DNA of 42,078 nt. It comes from Trichosphaerium sp. ATCC 40318 (Eukaryota > Protista > Tubulinea). Numbering within the stretch: position 1 is the first letter of the stretch; every line of letters begins with the position of its first letter. Position numbers and translations under genes: made by a program. This document shows, piece by piece, positions 26,462-39,247 of the stretch. The DNA lies in NCBI GenBank assembly GCA_038496445.1, contig JALMLS010000367.1, positions 1 through 42,078 of the forward strand, in the 5' to 3' direction. The notes below the pieces were generated by a model. That model ran no database searches. It was given only the letters and a program-made list of their open reading frames with translations, and was not told where the DNA came from.

Positions 26462-27564
26462 CTATTTTTTTCTATTTGGTAAGTAAGTTCCAATAATTAT
26501 AGCGTGGTTTGTTTCATATGGTTCCAGAGTAATTTGTTCCTTAGGCCTAAGTGCTGTAAGACTATAAGTTTTCTAAACAGCATTTTTAGTTTATGCTTGT
26601 GCAACAGCAACAAAGTAAATTTAAGAACAGAATAGGGTGTACTTGAACTTTTCTGCTCTTAGATCTTTTACAGTTTGTGAGTAAAACTGCTCAGGTAGCA
26701 TTGCATCACCTGAGATTTGCCGCTTGGCCTGTGGTAGTGAGTGAGTTAAATAACCTTCAGCTACAGCAACAAAAAGAGGGGATCATTTGTACATGGACAG
26801 AAATAACAAAGCCTCCTCCATCTGAAAGGAAATATTGAGCATTCACACCAATAATATGTGTTTGATCACGTGTAGAAATATCAGAGAAGATGCAATCAAC
26901 TGTATTGACCAGCATTCTAAGTTTGTTATTGAGTAGAAAGCAGTTGTCTTTTATCTACTCTACCTGTATTTATGTGGATAACGGGCATCCTCAATGATTG
27001 GAACAATATTTGGTCTGTTTTTAGCAACTTCATCCAACTCACGACCACGTTTGTGAGAAACTTCTACAGCGTAAACAACACCTTTCTAAAATGTATGTAA
27101 TTGTATGGATTTGTAATTGTCAAAGCAACATACCTCTCCAACAATGTCAGACACATGAGAGACTGTAATACCAGATGCAGCACCCAAATAAAGCACTCTT
27201 GATCCAGGTGCCATGTAAATATTATGAATACCGCAGGAGATTGCTGCAGCAAGCTTTGATTGGGACGGATTCCATGTTCTGTATTCGTTTTTCTCGCAAG
27301 GTTCGTCCTTTTGTGTTTTAGGCTTGTAGAGTTCTTTTTATGCTAGTTTTACGCACGCACTTTGGTTTGAACTACTTTTAACTCCTCACCGTATACAGAC
27401 TCGCCTGGTGTTAAATTACAGGTAAAAGGACAAGTAACTCTATACGGCTTGCCCATAAATACTCCTGGCATTCTGGAATGTGGTCTAATTGCGAAATGAG
27501 GATAACCACAAGGATGATAGCGCCCGCGGCCGCGTCCACGGGTGCCACCAAATGGGAACGACAT
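26462..27564 (-). CDS. Fibrillarin-like 2'-O-methyltransferase paralogue 2 (appears intact, vestigial RG N-terminus)
   Basis: [85 protein letters not shown]. Confidence 0.88.
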
Positions 27565-27793
27565 TATAACTGCAATGGGTGCCTTAACTGCCTAAGTACG
27601 TTACACTATCCCAACTTTAGTTGCATGTGAGACGTATTTGTAGACAAAACGTTCAAAATATACAGTACAACAGTGAGCAAGGCTGTATTTTACAACCCGA
27701 CAACACGTGTTGCATACGGGTTATCTATTCTTGGGAAGTGGGATGATTGCTGTCCGCTCTATAACAAGCTTTGTAAGGTGTTGTTTACCCAAA

Positions 27794-27866
27794 CATCTGT
27801 AGCGGAGAAAAAACACGTGCACAGCCATCTGTAATGGAGAAAAAACACATGTGTGCCTCCGTGTAA
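27794..27866. repeat. ~32-bp imperfect tandem duplication upstream of fibrillarin paralogue 2
   Basis: catctgtagcggagaaaaaacacgtg at 27794 and catctgtaatggagaaaaaacacatg at 27826. Confidence 0.7.
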
Positions 27867-27983
27867 TACTTAAAATGTGGACGCATAAACAATTAAAGGA
27901 TTAACTAGTACAGTGAGGACAACGGAAGCGAAAAAAAAAGTGATGTTGAGTTCCTACATGTGCGAGAAAAGAGGAATGAAAGT

Positions 27984-28778
27984 TTATTGTGTAACTTTTA
28001 CATCAAGTTCACCAATAGGTTTACTCCAATCGAAATCTGGTGATCGAGCTTCAACTGAAGACCGTTGATTCATCAATAATCCTAATCAAAAATAAGTTTG
28101 ATTTAACACATCATTGCATTGCATGGTTGGTTTTAATGGATTAACTATTTTCATACCGTATGTGATATCCATCTTAGTCTCTTTGGTAATTGGAAGAGGA
28201 CCAATAGACTCAACTGTGAAAGCGAATAAAGCTCTTTTGACAAAGTTAGTATGAGCCGATTGGATTGTATGTTCAACGCATTTTGTAGGCATACCTCAGG
28301 TGAGAACGGCTCAAGAGAACAGTGTAAGTATGACCAACAGTCAATTCTGAACCGACGTTGCAGTTTGCTACACCATGCTTGGTGGCATTTTGAGCAGAAA
28401 TGTCAGTCAATGCAACTTTTCCCATATCACTTAACGAATTGATGTTAAAATACTTCACAGGTGAAGAAAAAAAGAGTACCAAACGCGATACATATCATCT
28501 CCTGCTAAACTGTAGGTCATTGATGCGGTTTCAGCGTTACAACCTCCATTGAACAAGATGTAAGGCTAAAAAACAATAAACACGTGGTTTGTAAATATCT
28601 CAAGTCTCGCACGTGCCTCACGCAATTCGCGGTCAATGAAAAGACCAGATGTGGCGTATGAGCCACCACAGCTGTATGAAGCTTCAAAACTGAACTTTGT
28701 AGGTACACGCAATGGTGGTAGCGATTGAGAAGCGACGAAAGCGATGCACGCTAGTAGTAAGAGAAGTTGTGTTGCCAT
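27984..28778 (-). CDS. Small secreted protein of unknown function (possibly ependymin-like; multi-exon)
   Basis: Signal peptide MATQLLLLLACIAFVASQ followed by PLRVPTKFS; spliced exons end PDFDWSKPIGELDVKVTQ*. The family call is only a guess from size and pattern. Confidence 0.55.
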
Positions 28779-28999
28779 TGTAGTTTGCGGATAATATCAA
28801 AGAGCACACTTAAGAACACGTCTAAATTAGGAAAGTAATTTCCCCGTGAAGAGTTTTTTTTTTTTTGTTTTTTTTCAATTCTTGAAACTCTAAGAACTCA
28901 AAGAATCACTGAAATCGTAAACTCTCTGAGTTGAGTATATCACTCTGTTTTACTACTTTAACATTGTAATACAAAACCAAAGTCAGTTTATTTGATGGT

Positions 29000-31499
29000 T
29001 TAAGCTGTTTTTCGCCATGCTTGTGCCTCGATCATGTAACGTTTCAGTGAGATAACTAAACCCTGTTCAGTTGTATCAGGTTGAGCATTTGTACAAGGCC
29101 TTAAAACAAAATTAGGAAAACTTGTGAAAGATGTAACTTTCATACCATAAACTTAGCTATTTTTTCCAGTCTCTCGGCTATGTATACTTTCATTTTTTTA
29201 GCAATGTTCACAAATTCAGTAAGCATACTGCAATTAATACGTTTGTAATAACCACTGGACATTAATCCTGAGTAAAGGTCACATAAGCTAATTACAATAC
29301 TAGCTTTATATTCTTTTGTTTCGCGTAATTTTCCTTGCAACATAGAAGCAATCTTCAATGTAGGTTCCACATAACTTTCAAATTCATCACCAATCAAACC
29401 TGAAATAGATCCTAAGCAAGTACCCAAACTTGTAAAGCAAGAATGTGAGTATCTCCAAGAACTTTCAGCTGTCAGTCGTTTCTAAGTTTTACTGGTAAAT
29501 AGTCAATACACTCATTATGTACACACCTCTACATTAAATAGAACTGTCAAGGCAGACTTTGTATACTTGACAAACTTTCTTCCATTGTTTTGATCAACAA
29601 GATAGGTAATGAGCTGAATAAGCATGTTCATCTAAACATATTAGAGCGATTGTTAAAGTAGTTGGCTTTTTGCTAACCCATTGAGAATTTAAAAGACCTG
29701 TTGCTTTTTGTGTCTTCAAGCGTCTTACAAACACAGGTGCAACATCTTCATATATTATATATGTTGGGTAGCCTTTAACTTGTTAGCATACTACACTATA
29801 AATTAGTTACTCACCTGTGGCTACATCATACATAACTCTAGTTGCTTCTTGTTGCAAATCTCTTTTTTCTTTAGATTTAGCTTCACAACTCATTAACTCC
29901 ACCAAAGCAGGCATAAGTTGTCCATACAGAGAATTCTCAATAACACCTAACAAAAACCATCAATACATTACTTTGTGGGTGTAGTAATTTGTACTCATAT
30001 GATTAATGACGCTCCCAACTGTAGAGAGAAGACATGTGGAAAACTTAAACAGCAGACACTGTGTTGAAATCCCAGGCTGACTTGTTTCTGTGTATAACCC
30101 AATACACCGTACAGCGTCCACCATTTCATATAGTAGTCGGTTTCTACGTATAACATGTATTGGCGCTTCCAGTAGAACAGATTGGATAGCTTGTAGAACC
30201 TCAATTCCTTGTGGCTTATAAACAATACTATCTTCCCTTCCAAAAGTGTTAAACAAGTGTGCTGTATCCCTAGGAATGGATATCAACAATTATCTAACCA
30301 AAGAAATAGACTACCTGTAGCCCAAATGCTCCACATGGACAATATTTTCAAGCTTGTCTAGCAACTCTACACCATTATCATTACCCTAAAAGGATAATTA
30401 ATGTGATTCCATTGTATTATCAATACCCAAGTCCCAGGCTGAAAACTGATTGGTATTCTGCAAATAGCTCTAGCTGCAGGAATAATATCATCTTTAACAT
30501 CTAAACAACCAAGTACTGCAGTTCTGGATTCATCGCTTATCCAGTAGGCCATTACTTGTATCTTGAACACTTGCCTAGGTTGTAACAAACAGTAAGTGTA
30601 CAAGTAGTTTTTCTTACACGCACAAGGCACCTCGTCTTATGTTTGGATCTGTGCTCTTCAGTGCTTCCAATACACTTTTTTCAACCTTGTATTGGTTCAA
30701 TAACTAAAAAGAACTAAAAGTGTGATCATACAGCAGCAACCAAGTCATTTACTTCTTTGCTCTCGAATGCATCAGGAAATCGCCTAAGCAAGTTTATGGC
30801 ATATGTTCTTGCATGTGGATGAGTAATGTTAAGTATGTTCTCATAAATATAATAGAACATTGCATCGAAACACTCTTCGGATCCATCTTTCTAAAACATA
30901 AATAGTCAACAATGATAATAAAAAAACCAGTCACGTGACTGTACAGCAATATTAAAAAAACGTACAGTAACCAGTGTCTCAAAAAAATACTCCAATACCT
31001 CATAGTTGCCTACCACAATTGGTAAGATATCCTGAACGTGAACTGTAAGTGAAACAGAATACAATGTCATTCATTTCAAAAAGAATGAATCCGAACTACA
31101 AAGCCAAACAGTACAGAAGAGAATGGCCTTATAGCATCAAGACGCTGCTACATTATTTGTGAATCTTGGCCGACAATGACGGCTTCTTTTGTCACAAGGC
31201 AACTTGACTTTTCTTCGCAACACATCTGTCTTGTGCAACGGTTTTTGGTTTATTCACGTACCTTTACGAATGATTTTTCGTTTATTTCGTTGTAATATTG
31301 CTTTGAAACTGTTCTAAGTGTGAATACGTCGCAGGTTCTTAGCCAAGAGATAATCTCGGTTATAACGTCAGAGGGTAACGTATGGAAGCTCGGAATTTGC
31401 TAATAACACGTAAATAACTACGTTTTGGTTATTTGAGTTGTTTACGACTAATAAGCCTTCGATTGGCTTTTTTGAGTGCACTTCCTTCAACGCAGCCAT
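29000..31499 (-). CDS. F-box plus helical HEAT/ARM-repeat (importin-beta-like) protein (multi-exon)
   Basis: Exon 2 reads FHTLPSDVITEIISWLRTCDVFTLRTVSKQYY (F-box). The late exon SCFTSLGTCLGSISGLIGDEFESYVEPTL...LCDLYSGL resembles importin-beta C-terminal HEAT repeats. Confidence 0.6.
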
Positions 31500-31713
31500 A
31501 GTAGAGTTCGCTTGGTTACAAAATCGGTGGAACCTTGTGTTGCGCGACTTCTGGCGACTATGTAGTCCCCACTTGACATTGTTGAAAATTCACGTGCAAT
31601 AGCTTCAACTGTTGCACGACTAGTATAAAAACTAGGTGATCGCAAAGCGTCAATCGAGAAATACCCGAAAAATAGAATCAAGATAAATAAGGTCATTAAC
31701 ATCACCTGCATTG

Positions 31714-32433
31714 CTATTGGATGCACCCATAGCCTTGCCGTCGATGCATGCATTCTCGTTTATTAATGGCGTTACAATCAACGGGAGTCAGGTCATTTCC
31801 TACTTTAACCCCACGAACAAAAATGTGTTCATTACACTGATGAAAAACTTCATCATGGTTTGCCATCCGTAAAGTAACAGTGCCTACATAATTGACCATT
31901 ACTTAACCAACTCTTGTACTCTCCATCTCTTTTGTCATTGACATAATTACATTGAAGAGATAGTTGACCATTTCTATGCCATTCTTTACTCTCCCCTTCG
32001 GTCTTACCATTTATAAAAACAAGTGCTCCACAATTGTCCATTGTCATACCATGTCTTTAGCTCTCCTTCTTGTTTACCGTTTACATACATGCACTGTACC
32101 CGCAACATTCCGTTACCTGCCAAGACTTGTACTCACCATGTTGTTGGCCATGATTCCAATGTATTTGTTGAGATACAACAAGTGATTTGTTTTTATGTCT
32201 TATACGTTGCCACTTTCCATGTTTGTTCAAGTCAGGATCAAACCTTGTTGTTATTGCTGTAGTACAACACAATATAGGCCATTTACAATATACTTCGAGG
32301 TCTGAATCAATGATATCAAGTTGTAGTTCTATTGGAAGGTCTAGTAGAGAGCAATTTGTCGTTTTTAACTACATCTTAGCTTAAAATATATTAAACGGGT
32401 ATCTGTCTACTGTACCTTTTTTGCCGTTTCCAT
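31714..32433 (-). pseudogene. F-box-like plus MORN-variant repeat gene, multiply frameshifted paralogue of 16250..17447
   Basis: LLDLPIELQLDIIDSDLEVYCKWPIL...TRFDPDLNKHGKW aligns with LLSLPIELQYAIMTFDAEMYLCWPLL...SRFDSNMSKHGRF. MORN repeats (GEYKSW.SNGQL) are spread over three frames. Confidence 0.72.
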
Positions 32434-32677
32434 TTTAAAATTATGCACGTGCAAAAGTCAGGCTTCACAATTTGTTTTGGAAATCTGTTGACTTGAGTTC
32501 AACACAAACTTGTTTCCCCAAGTTTCTGTGATTTCGGCCAATCTCACCTTGGGTTCATTAAAACAGGAACAATCAAAGATTTAATAGTTTATTAGTGTAC
32601 ATAGTGGTGAGTACGCCAAGGTTGCCCAAAGTTTTTGTCGTTTGTACAGTGACAAGTCAAATCTTCTTATCTATCTT

Positions 32678-34726
32678 CTAGGTTTCCTGAACAACATTCG
32701 CATGGCCCTCTTCTTTGTTGAATAGCTGCCTCACTCTGAAAGGAAATATTACCTCTCTTAGTGCCTTTGTTATTGAAAAAAACGATCAGTAACACTGTTA
32801 AAGGCCACTTGTTTAAACAACGTACTGGTACATAGTAAGAAATTATCACTACTGCTATTATCAACAACACAAATAATATTGCAATACCACCAATTAAATA
32901 CTTCCACCAATCGTGGGAACACGTGTTTTTGACATTGATAATAAGTGAAAACTTGGTCGGAAATGACTGTTGTTCAACCTCAGTTTTTATACACTTATCA
33001 CTATGAAAAACTTGTACTTTTGAAAACCCGTCTGTTTGTATCTTACACATGTATTGGAACAAAATATGCTCTGTTGTTTTAGTTGCATCTGTATGGAAGA
33101 CAAGGGTGCCAGAAGGATTGAAGCAACCTAAGCGATTATAAACTGAAGAATAGTAATAGGGGTACCTGTAATGTTCACTCGCCCTCCTTGACGGAAAGTA
33201 ATGGTTTGGTTTGGACTGAGGCTGTAGTCGCCATTGAATACTATCACTTTGGTTATCTCTATGCTCAAAGGAAATTCCATAGTTGAGGGCGTTTGCGGCT
33301 CGGGAGCATTTGTAGGACTTCGAGTAGGCGTAAGAGTAGGAGTTTCAGGTGGTGGTATACTAAAGAAAATCAGGAAGGTACACAAGAAATGATAAGCAAG
33401 CTTACTAGTCTATTAGTTCTATATGTGCTTCGTTTTCGAATGTTGAAACAAGAACGTTTTTTGCTTTTATAGTTGGTTCATAGCTACCCTCAAAGTCGAA
33501 GAAGTATAGTAAATCTTGATCAGAATTAGTGTTTGGGGAGTAAGCCTTTTCAATGATCTCATTGTCTGTTAGTTTCCTTTTTAGATGTCAATTTAAAAGA
33601 TCAATGTACTTGCTTTACCTGTTCCATATACCCATGTTATCAATGTCACCCTAAAAGATGTGAACTCAAATGTTAACATATTCCTTGTTGCAACGCACTG
33701 AGAATCCAAATTCTACACTATGGTCGAACGAAGACAAGCAGCCAATTGTAAAGAAACCCTATTAAAGAACGTGTTAACAATCACAAGAATTAGTTAGCAA
33801 AGAATATGTACTCTTCTTGATGGTTGTAAACTAGGAATTAAAGTATGTGCACTTTTAAGAACTGTATTATTTGCTACAGTCTTTATCGTTATCTCTTTTG
33901 TTGTCAAGTCACGTGAAAAGTAAACATAAACCTGTACAATTATAAGCTTCAGAAATCTTAGTTCTAATGTTACGTAACCCACTGTTCAAGCACCTGAGGG
34001 TGAATACTTGGATCGAAGGTGTTTGGGTATTTTATGTAGTCATCGGAGAATGTCTCGAATGTGAGTTGACGGCGAGGGCATGTGACCGATTCGTAAAGAC
34101 CAACATAAAGAAGAAATCCATACGTAATGCTTCTTCCTGCAGGTTTTGTTGAGAAAATACCATAAAGCTTTTCTCCATCCGTATCACAATCCCTAAAAAC
34201 ACAAATTAGGTCAAGCTCGAACAACAGCCGTATTTAGTACTTGTCAAAGTTCACCCAAGCGCCTACTGAAATAACATCGTGGCTACTAAAGTCTTCTCCG
34301 AACACTCGTATACCATCGTTTCCTGGCTCACCTAGGGTCCCATCGCTTGAAAAGTGCGCCACCATACCCGCAGGATTGCCTTTCATTAATTTAAAGGAAC
34401 AGTTGAAAAGATTTTTCACTTGGTTCAAAAAAACCGTTTCATTACGTTGAATTCAAGAGTACGTACATGTTATAAGCGTAAAAGCCTCCAAACAAAACAA
34501 TAAAACAGATAATGTGTACATCTATGGGAGCAAACTAGTACCACCGGTCTATCTTTGTTTGGCGTAGTTGAAGTATAGAAACAATTCACTGTTAAGTTTT
34601 CACCTAAAAAAGTCACGTGACTTACGTAAAATTGTTCTTTTGTCCATAGCAAGCGTGAAAAGAAAACACAACATATCACAGCTATTTCTTCAATAACGTA
34701 ACAGAACTTACTAGCTTCATGAGCAT
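32678..34726 (-). CDS. Type-I membrane protein with LamG/concanavalin-A-like domain and P/T stalk (5' end uncertain)
   Basis: ISVGAWVNFD, GDIDNMGIWNR.LTDNEI, DLLYFFDFE (LamG-like), then a PPPETPTLTPTRSPT stalk, TM WWKYLIGGIAILFVLLIIAVVII and spliced tail VPALREVIFPFR. Confidence 0.68.
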
Positions 34727-35289
34727 CCTTATCCTTAATTCAAAATTGCAGGTACAGAATTTAACACAGCCATTGTGGTGTTTATCGCTACACACAAACA
34801 ACGACATATATAATAAAAAGATATTCACATAAGAAACCGTGGTGTATCACGGAACAACGTATGTATAACCACCTCAGGTTTGCTATAGTGGTGTGACAGA
34901 AATAGCATCATTTTTTCGACTTCTAGAACTCATTGTATTCGTCCAACATAATTTCGTAGGCTAACCTTTCGTTCAAAACATTTGCCTATTTCTTGTCTAT
35001 GTATGTTATGAATACACACCAGAAGCTTTGTATCAACAGCTATAATCCAAATTATGTTTGCGATTTCATTAAAAAGTTCAATATAAAGATACAAGTGCTT
35101 ACTGTATTGTAACTCTCATTTTACAACAGGTACGAACAACCATACCAACCATACTCAATCACCCCACTCATCTTTAACAAACCGACACCGATTATAATCA
35201 ACTCAGAGAGTTCACGATTTCAGTGATTCTTTGAGTTTCTTAGAGTTTCAGGAACAATTTCAAGAATGATACATTGTTCATGCTTGCTG

Positions 35290-35572
35290 TACTATTGTTG
35301 CTATCTTGCATTAAGTTGTATTACTTAGCAGCATTAGTGAATAGCCATTAAACTAGATTGATTGTTGCAATTTTGCATTAAGCACACTTCCTTACTTTAT
35401 TTAGATTGATTGGTTTATGTTGCATTCAAGTTGTATACCAGCATTAGTGATAGCCATACAAAGTTGATTGTTGCCATTTACACTAAGTTTCCTTGCTTAA
35501 TACAATTCACTAGATTGATTGTTTATTACGATCTAAGTTCACCTACTTAACACGTTACGCAGATTGATTCCA
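35290..35572. repeat. Degenerate ~50-bp tandem array
   Basis: An agattgattg-like core recurs at ~35355, 35403, 35461, 35512 and 35561; gcattagtga(a)tagccat occurs twice. Confidence 0.55.
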
Positions 35573-35659
35573 AATTTACAACTACAAATTAGATATTTGT
35601 TTAAAACCCTAGCCAACAACTTGTTCCAATTAGAGTCATTACGTTTTAAGTACGCATCC

Positions 35660-36194
35660 TTGACCTACAGTTTAGCAGGAGATGATATGTATCGCGTTTG
35701 GTACTCTTTTTTCTTCACCTATGAAAGTATTTTAACATCAATTTGTTAAGTGATATGGGAAAAGTTGCATTGACTGACATTTCTGCTCAAAATTGACCAC
35801 CAAGCATGGTGTAGCAAACTGCAATGTCGGTTCAGAATTGACTGTTGGTATACTTACACTGTTCTCTTGAGCCGTTCTCACCTGAGGTATGCCTACAAAC
35901 ACGTTGAACAATAAAACTAAGACTTACGCTAACTTTCTGAAAAGAGCTTTATTCGCCTTCACAGTTGATTCTATTGGTCCTCTTCCAATTACCAAAGAGA
36001 CTAAGATGGATATCACATATGGTATGAAAATAGTTAATCCATTAAAACCAACCATGCAATGCAATGATGTGTTAAATCAAACTTATTTTTGATTAGGATT
36101 ATTGATGAATCAACGGTCTTCAGTTGAAGCTCGATCACCAGATTTCGATTGGAGTAAACCTATTGGTGAACTTGATGTAAAAATTACACAATAA
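35660..36194 (+). pseudogene. 5'-truncated copy of the secreted protein at 27984..28778
   Basis: Near-identical 3' exons (KRALFAFTVDSIGPLPITKETKMDITY...); the signal-peptide exon is absent. Confidence 0.8.
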
Positions 36195-36302
36195 AGTTTC
36201 ATTCTTCTTCAAACAGTAAACAAAACAAATGAGTTTAAATAAACAGCAACAGATCTTGTTAAGTACTATGTGAAACATAGGCTTTAGATTGTGTTGTATA
36301 CT

Positions 36303-37214
36303 TTACTTTGCATGTCTTAATACGTTACACATTGCATCTTTTAGCCTTGTTTCATCAACGCTGGTGTAAAGTATAACATTCGCAGAACGGTTCCAAACAT
36401 TCTGAAAATCACCAATAGTTGCACCTGTTGTCAATTCGCCTTTTGTCTCAACATCAACGCATATCTCACGTGATGTGAACATTGTAGGTTCTAGTATTGT
36501 CATTGTAGACATAGGATCGTCAACCTTAAAGTTTCATGTACTTGTAGGTAAGATTAAAATCAGAGATCTCAAAGCTTCTCACTTTAGAAAAATTTTACCT
36601 GCATTAAAAAATATTTTGGCTGCTTCAGGATCAATCGATACTGCCACAATTATTAGCTTTGAACGTTCATTGTTGTACTTACTGTTAACTTCAGCTGCAG
36701 TTGTTCTATTACCAGGATAACCTACAGCACCTCCCATTGTGTAGACTTCATGGACGTAATTTATCTGAAACTTTACGATCCGTTGATTAGGATAGTCTAG
36801 AAAAAACCAGTAAACAAACCAGCGTATTTCTTTGTTTGTGTACCTGTGTCACCCATACCATCATAGCCATATACACAATAATCACTGGGTCTATGAGCAC
36901 GTGCTAAAGGCTTCAACGCGCCAACAAAGACCTGTTTTGCAATGAGCAAATACAAAAAAAAAGACTGATTTTTTGTCCGTACCGGCACGTGGCGCCTGTT
37001 TGCTACTTCTAGGATCTTGAACGCGTTTTCCGCCATTTGTTTAACGTCACTTAGGTTCCCAGGTACGATTGTAATCCCGAGAACCTTAATTTTAGGCGAA
37101 ACAAGCGCTAGGAGTATAGCTAGAGCGTCATCGACTGGGTTTTATGTTAATTAATATCAAAAACGGTATTAGCGTACCTCCTGGGTCTGTATCTATTATA
37201 ACTGGGCGTGCCAT
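36303..37214 (-). pseudogene. Nucleoside hydrolase copy with two internal deletions
   Basis: Matches 21628..22868 but lacks ~22078-22250 (GPLTN region) and ~22455-22645; VHG is changed to VYG. Confidence 0.88.
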
Positions 37215-37758
37215 ACTGTTTTTAACTAGTTTACCTCGTTTGAATCATGCTATGAAGATATTTTTCTATTTATGGCTTTTTGTACCGTATGACATTAGTC
37301 TTGTTCAATACAAACGTTAGCGCTAATCGAACAGTATTTAGTTGCGTGTACCTCTTTTGGCGTGGATTAAGCACACTGCCAAAGAAGGAGAACATTTTTT
37401 GCCATTTTCTAAAGTGCAAGCTAATTATGCTTTGTACCATTATTTTTGCCACCATTTTTAAGCTAATTCGGTACAAAAGATACCACACAAGTCATATTAA
37501 GTTTACTTTGAGTAATCACGTGATAACAGTCTGTAATTTGCCTTTCAAAACGACAAAATGTTGCCTCTTGATTAATTGTGTGAATTACGTTCATAATAAG
37601 ATCATTTTTCTCAACATCGTAACAACTGAAGATGCAAAACTTTGTGTCAGGTACACGTTAGAATAAGTACAAGAGTCTCCTTGGCAATCCAAAACAATTC
37701 AACTTTACGAGTCTTAAATAATTTCCAAAAAACTTTATACTTTTGTCACGTGTCATTT

Positions 37759-39100
37759 ATGTTATTTTTTCTTGTTGTTTTTGTATTTTTAATATTTGCG
37801 CTTGGTTTGTTATTATTTTGGATCAAACAACTTACCACAACTAGTCACTTGCTTGATTCTATGCTTATGTGCGACAACAGTATTTCTACAGCAGTATACT
37901 CCAGATCCAGCTGATTGGTCGTCATTCGAAACAAAAGCGATTTCCAGCAACCAAGTATCACATGATCCTGATGGTGTACTTTGGATTAACGCTCAAGCAT
38001 GGGAAGACTCTAAATGGGATGGAACTATTTACAATCCTTCCAAAATGAACAGAGAGGACTTCTGGAAGGCTATTTGCCCTCAAGTAGATCGTATTAGAGG
38101 CATACGTGAGGTATTCTATAAGCACAATCCTTTTGCCGACGTCTTGAATCCAACGAAAGCAGAAGTCGATGAGTGGCATCGTATAGCGTTAAATCACGTG
38201 CGAGCGCTAGTAGGTACGAAAAAAAAGAGTATACCAATTAATTTGTGAAAAAAGCCACTTTGGCATGTCACGTGTTTTCTACATGCAGCTTAGGAAGTAG
38301 AAAAAACAAAACTGACATTTTTTTTAGGATATACGAGTGCTGACAGACAAGTAAAGAAGGATTACTGCATGTTTGCTCGTGCTCAGTGGGGTGCTGAACG
38401 CAAGTTCACAACAATGTGGGACACAAAATACCCTGCCACAGCAGATTCTGCAGAAGTTTACGGTCCTTGTCAAAGCAGTACAAACTCTCACTGTGGAGCA
38501 AGTTTTGTACCTTCTGATCCTGACGATCAAAAGCCTTACTTACCTGATGGTCATTCTCCTTGTGTTGCCGCAGGTGGTGGAGCTGAGGGCATTTTTCCTG
38601 GTCCAAAATCAGGCATTCCTTGGTCGCTCAAGTGGTCTCGTGGTCTGTGTAATACTTTGGCTGATGAAGGATTCTGGGGTGGCCATGTTGGTCCATTCTT
38701 TCATAGAGAAAAGTTTGGATACAGCTTCTGGGATACTAACAAAGCCGACAGCCAAAGTGTTGCTGAGTTGAGAGCGAAATGGCACGGTACTTTGATGCCT
38801 AATCTTTACTGTGATCCATCAGAGTCTGGATGCAATCCTACAGACATACCAACAGCAGAACCGAGTATGCCATCAGAAGCTTCACCAACAACAGAAGCGC
38901 CTTCACCAACAACAGAAGCGCCTTCAGCAACTACAGAATCGCCTTCAGCAACAACAGAATCTCCAATGGCACCTGATGCGCCTAGTGATGGATCCGTGAT
39001 GCCGAGTGAAGTGACTGTTGCACCAACGGAAGATACTTCTTCCAGCACTAACCTTGTATCCTTCTCTTTGGTCCTTCTCTTTGTCTCATGGAGCATGTAA
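37759..39100 (+). CDS. Secreted GPI-type CAP-like protein (copy 2, apparently intact)
   Basis: Highly similar to 19720..21088 with both long exons open; one fewer stalk repeat. Confidence 0.72.
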
Positions 39101-39247
39101 ACTCATTAAGCAGTACTTCAAATATATTTCATTTACCACAACAGTTTTTTTTTTGATTAACACGTGATGCAAATCAGTTTTTATTTTAGACAAACCAATA
39201 AGAAAAATGACTAACACAAATAGTCTTTATTTTTCTACACATTTGTT

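Noticed and set aside
28935-35195. Large transposon with the duplicated arms as terminal inverted repeats
   Set aside because: There is no transposase or target-site duplication, and the arms are permuted gene-containing segments rather than TIRs.
35290-35572. CRISPR array
   Set aside because: The repeats are degenerate, the spacers resemble one another, there are no cas genes and the context is eukaryotic.
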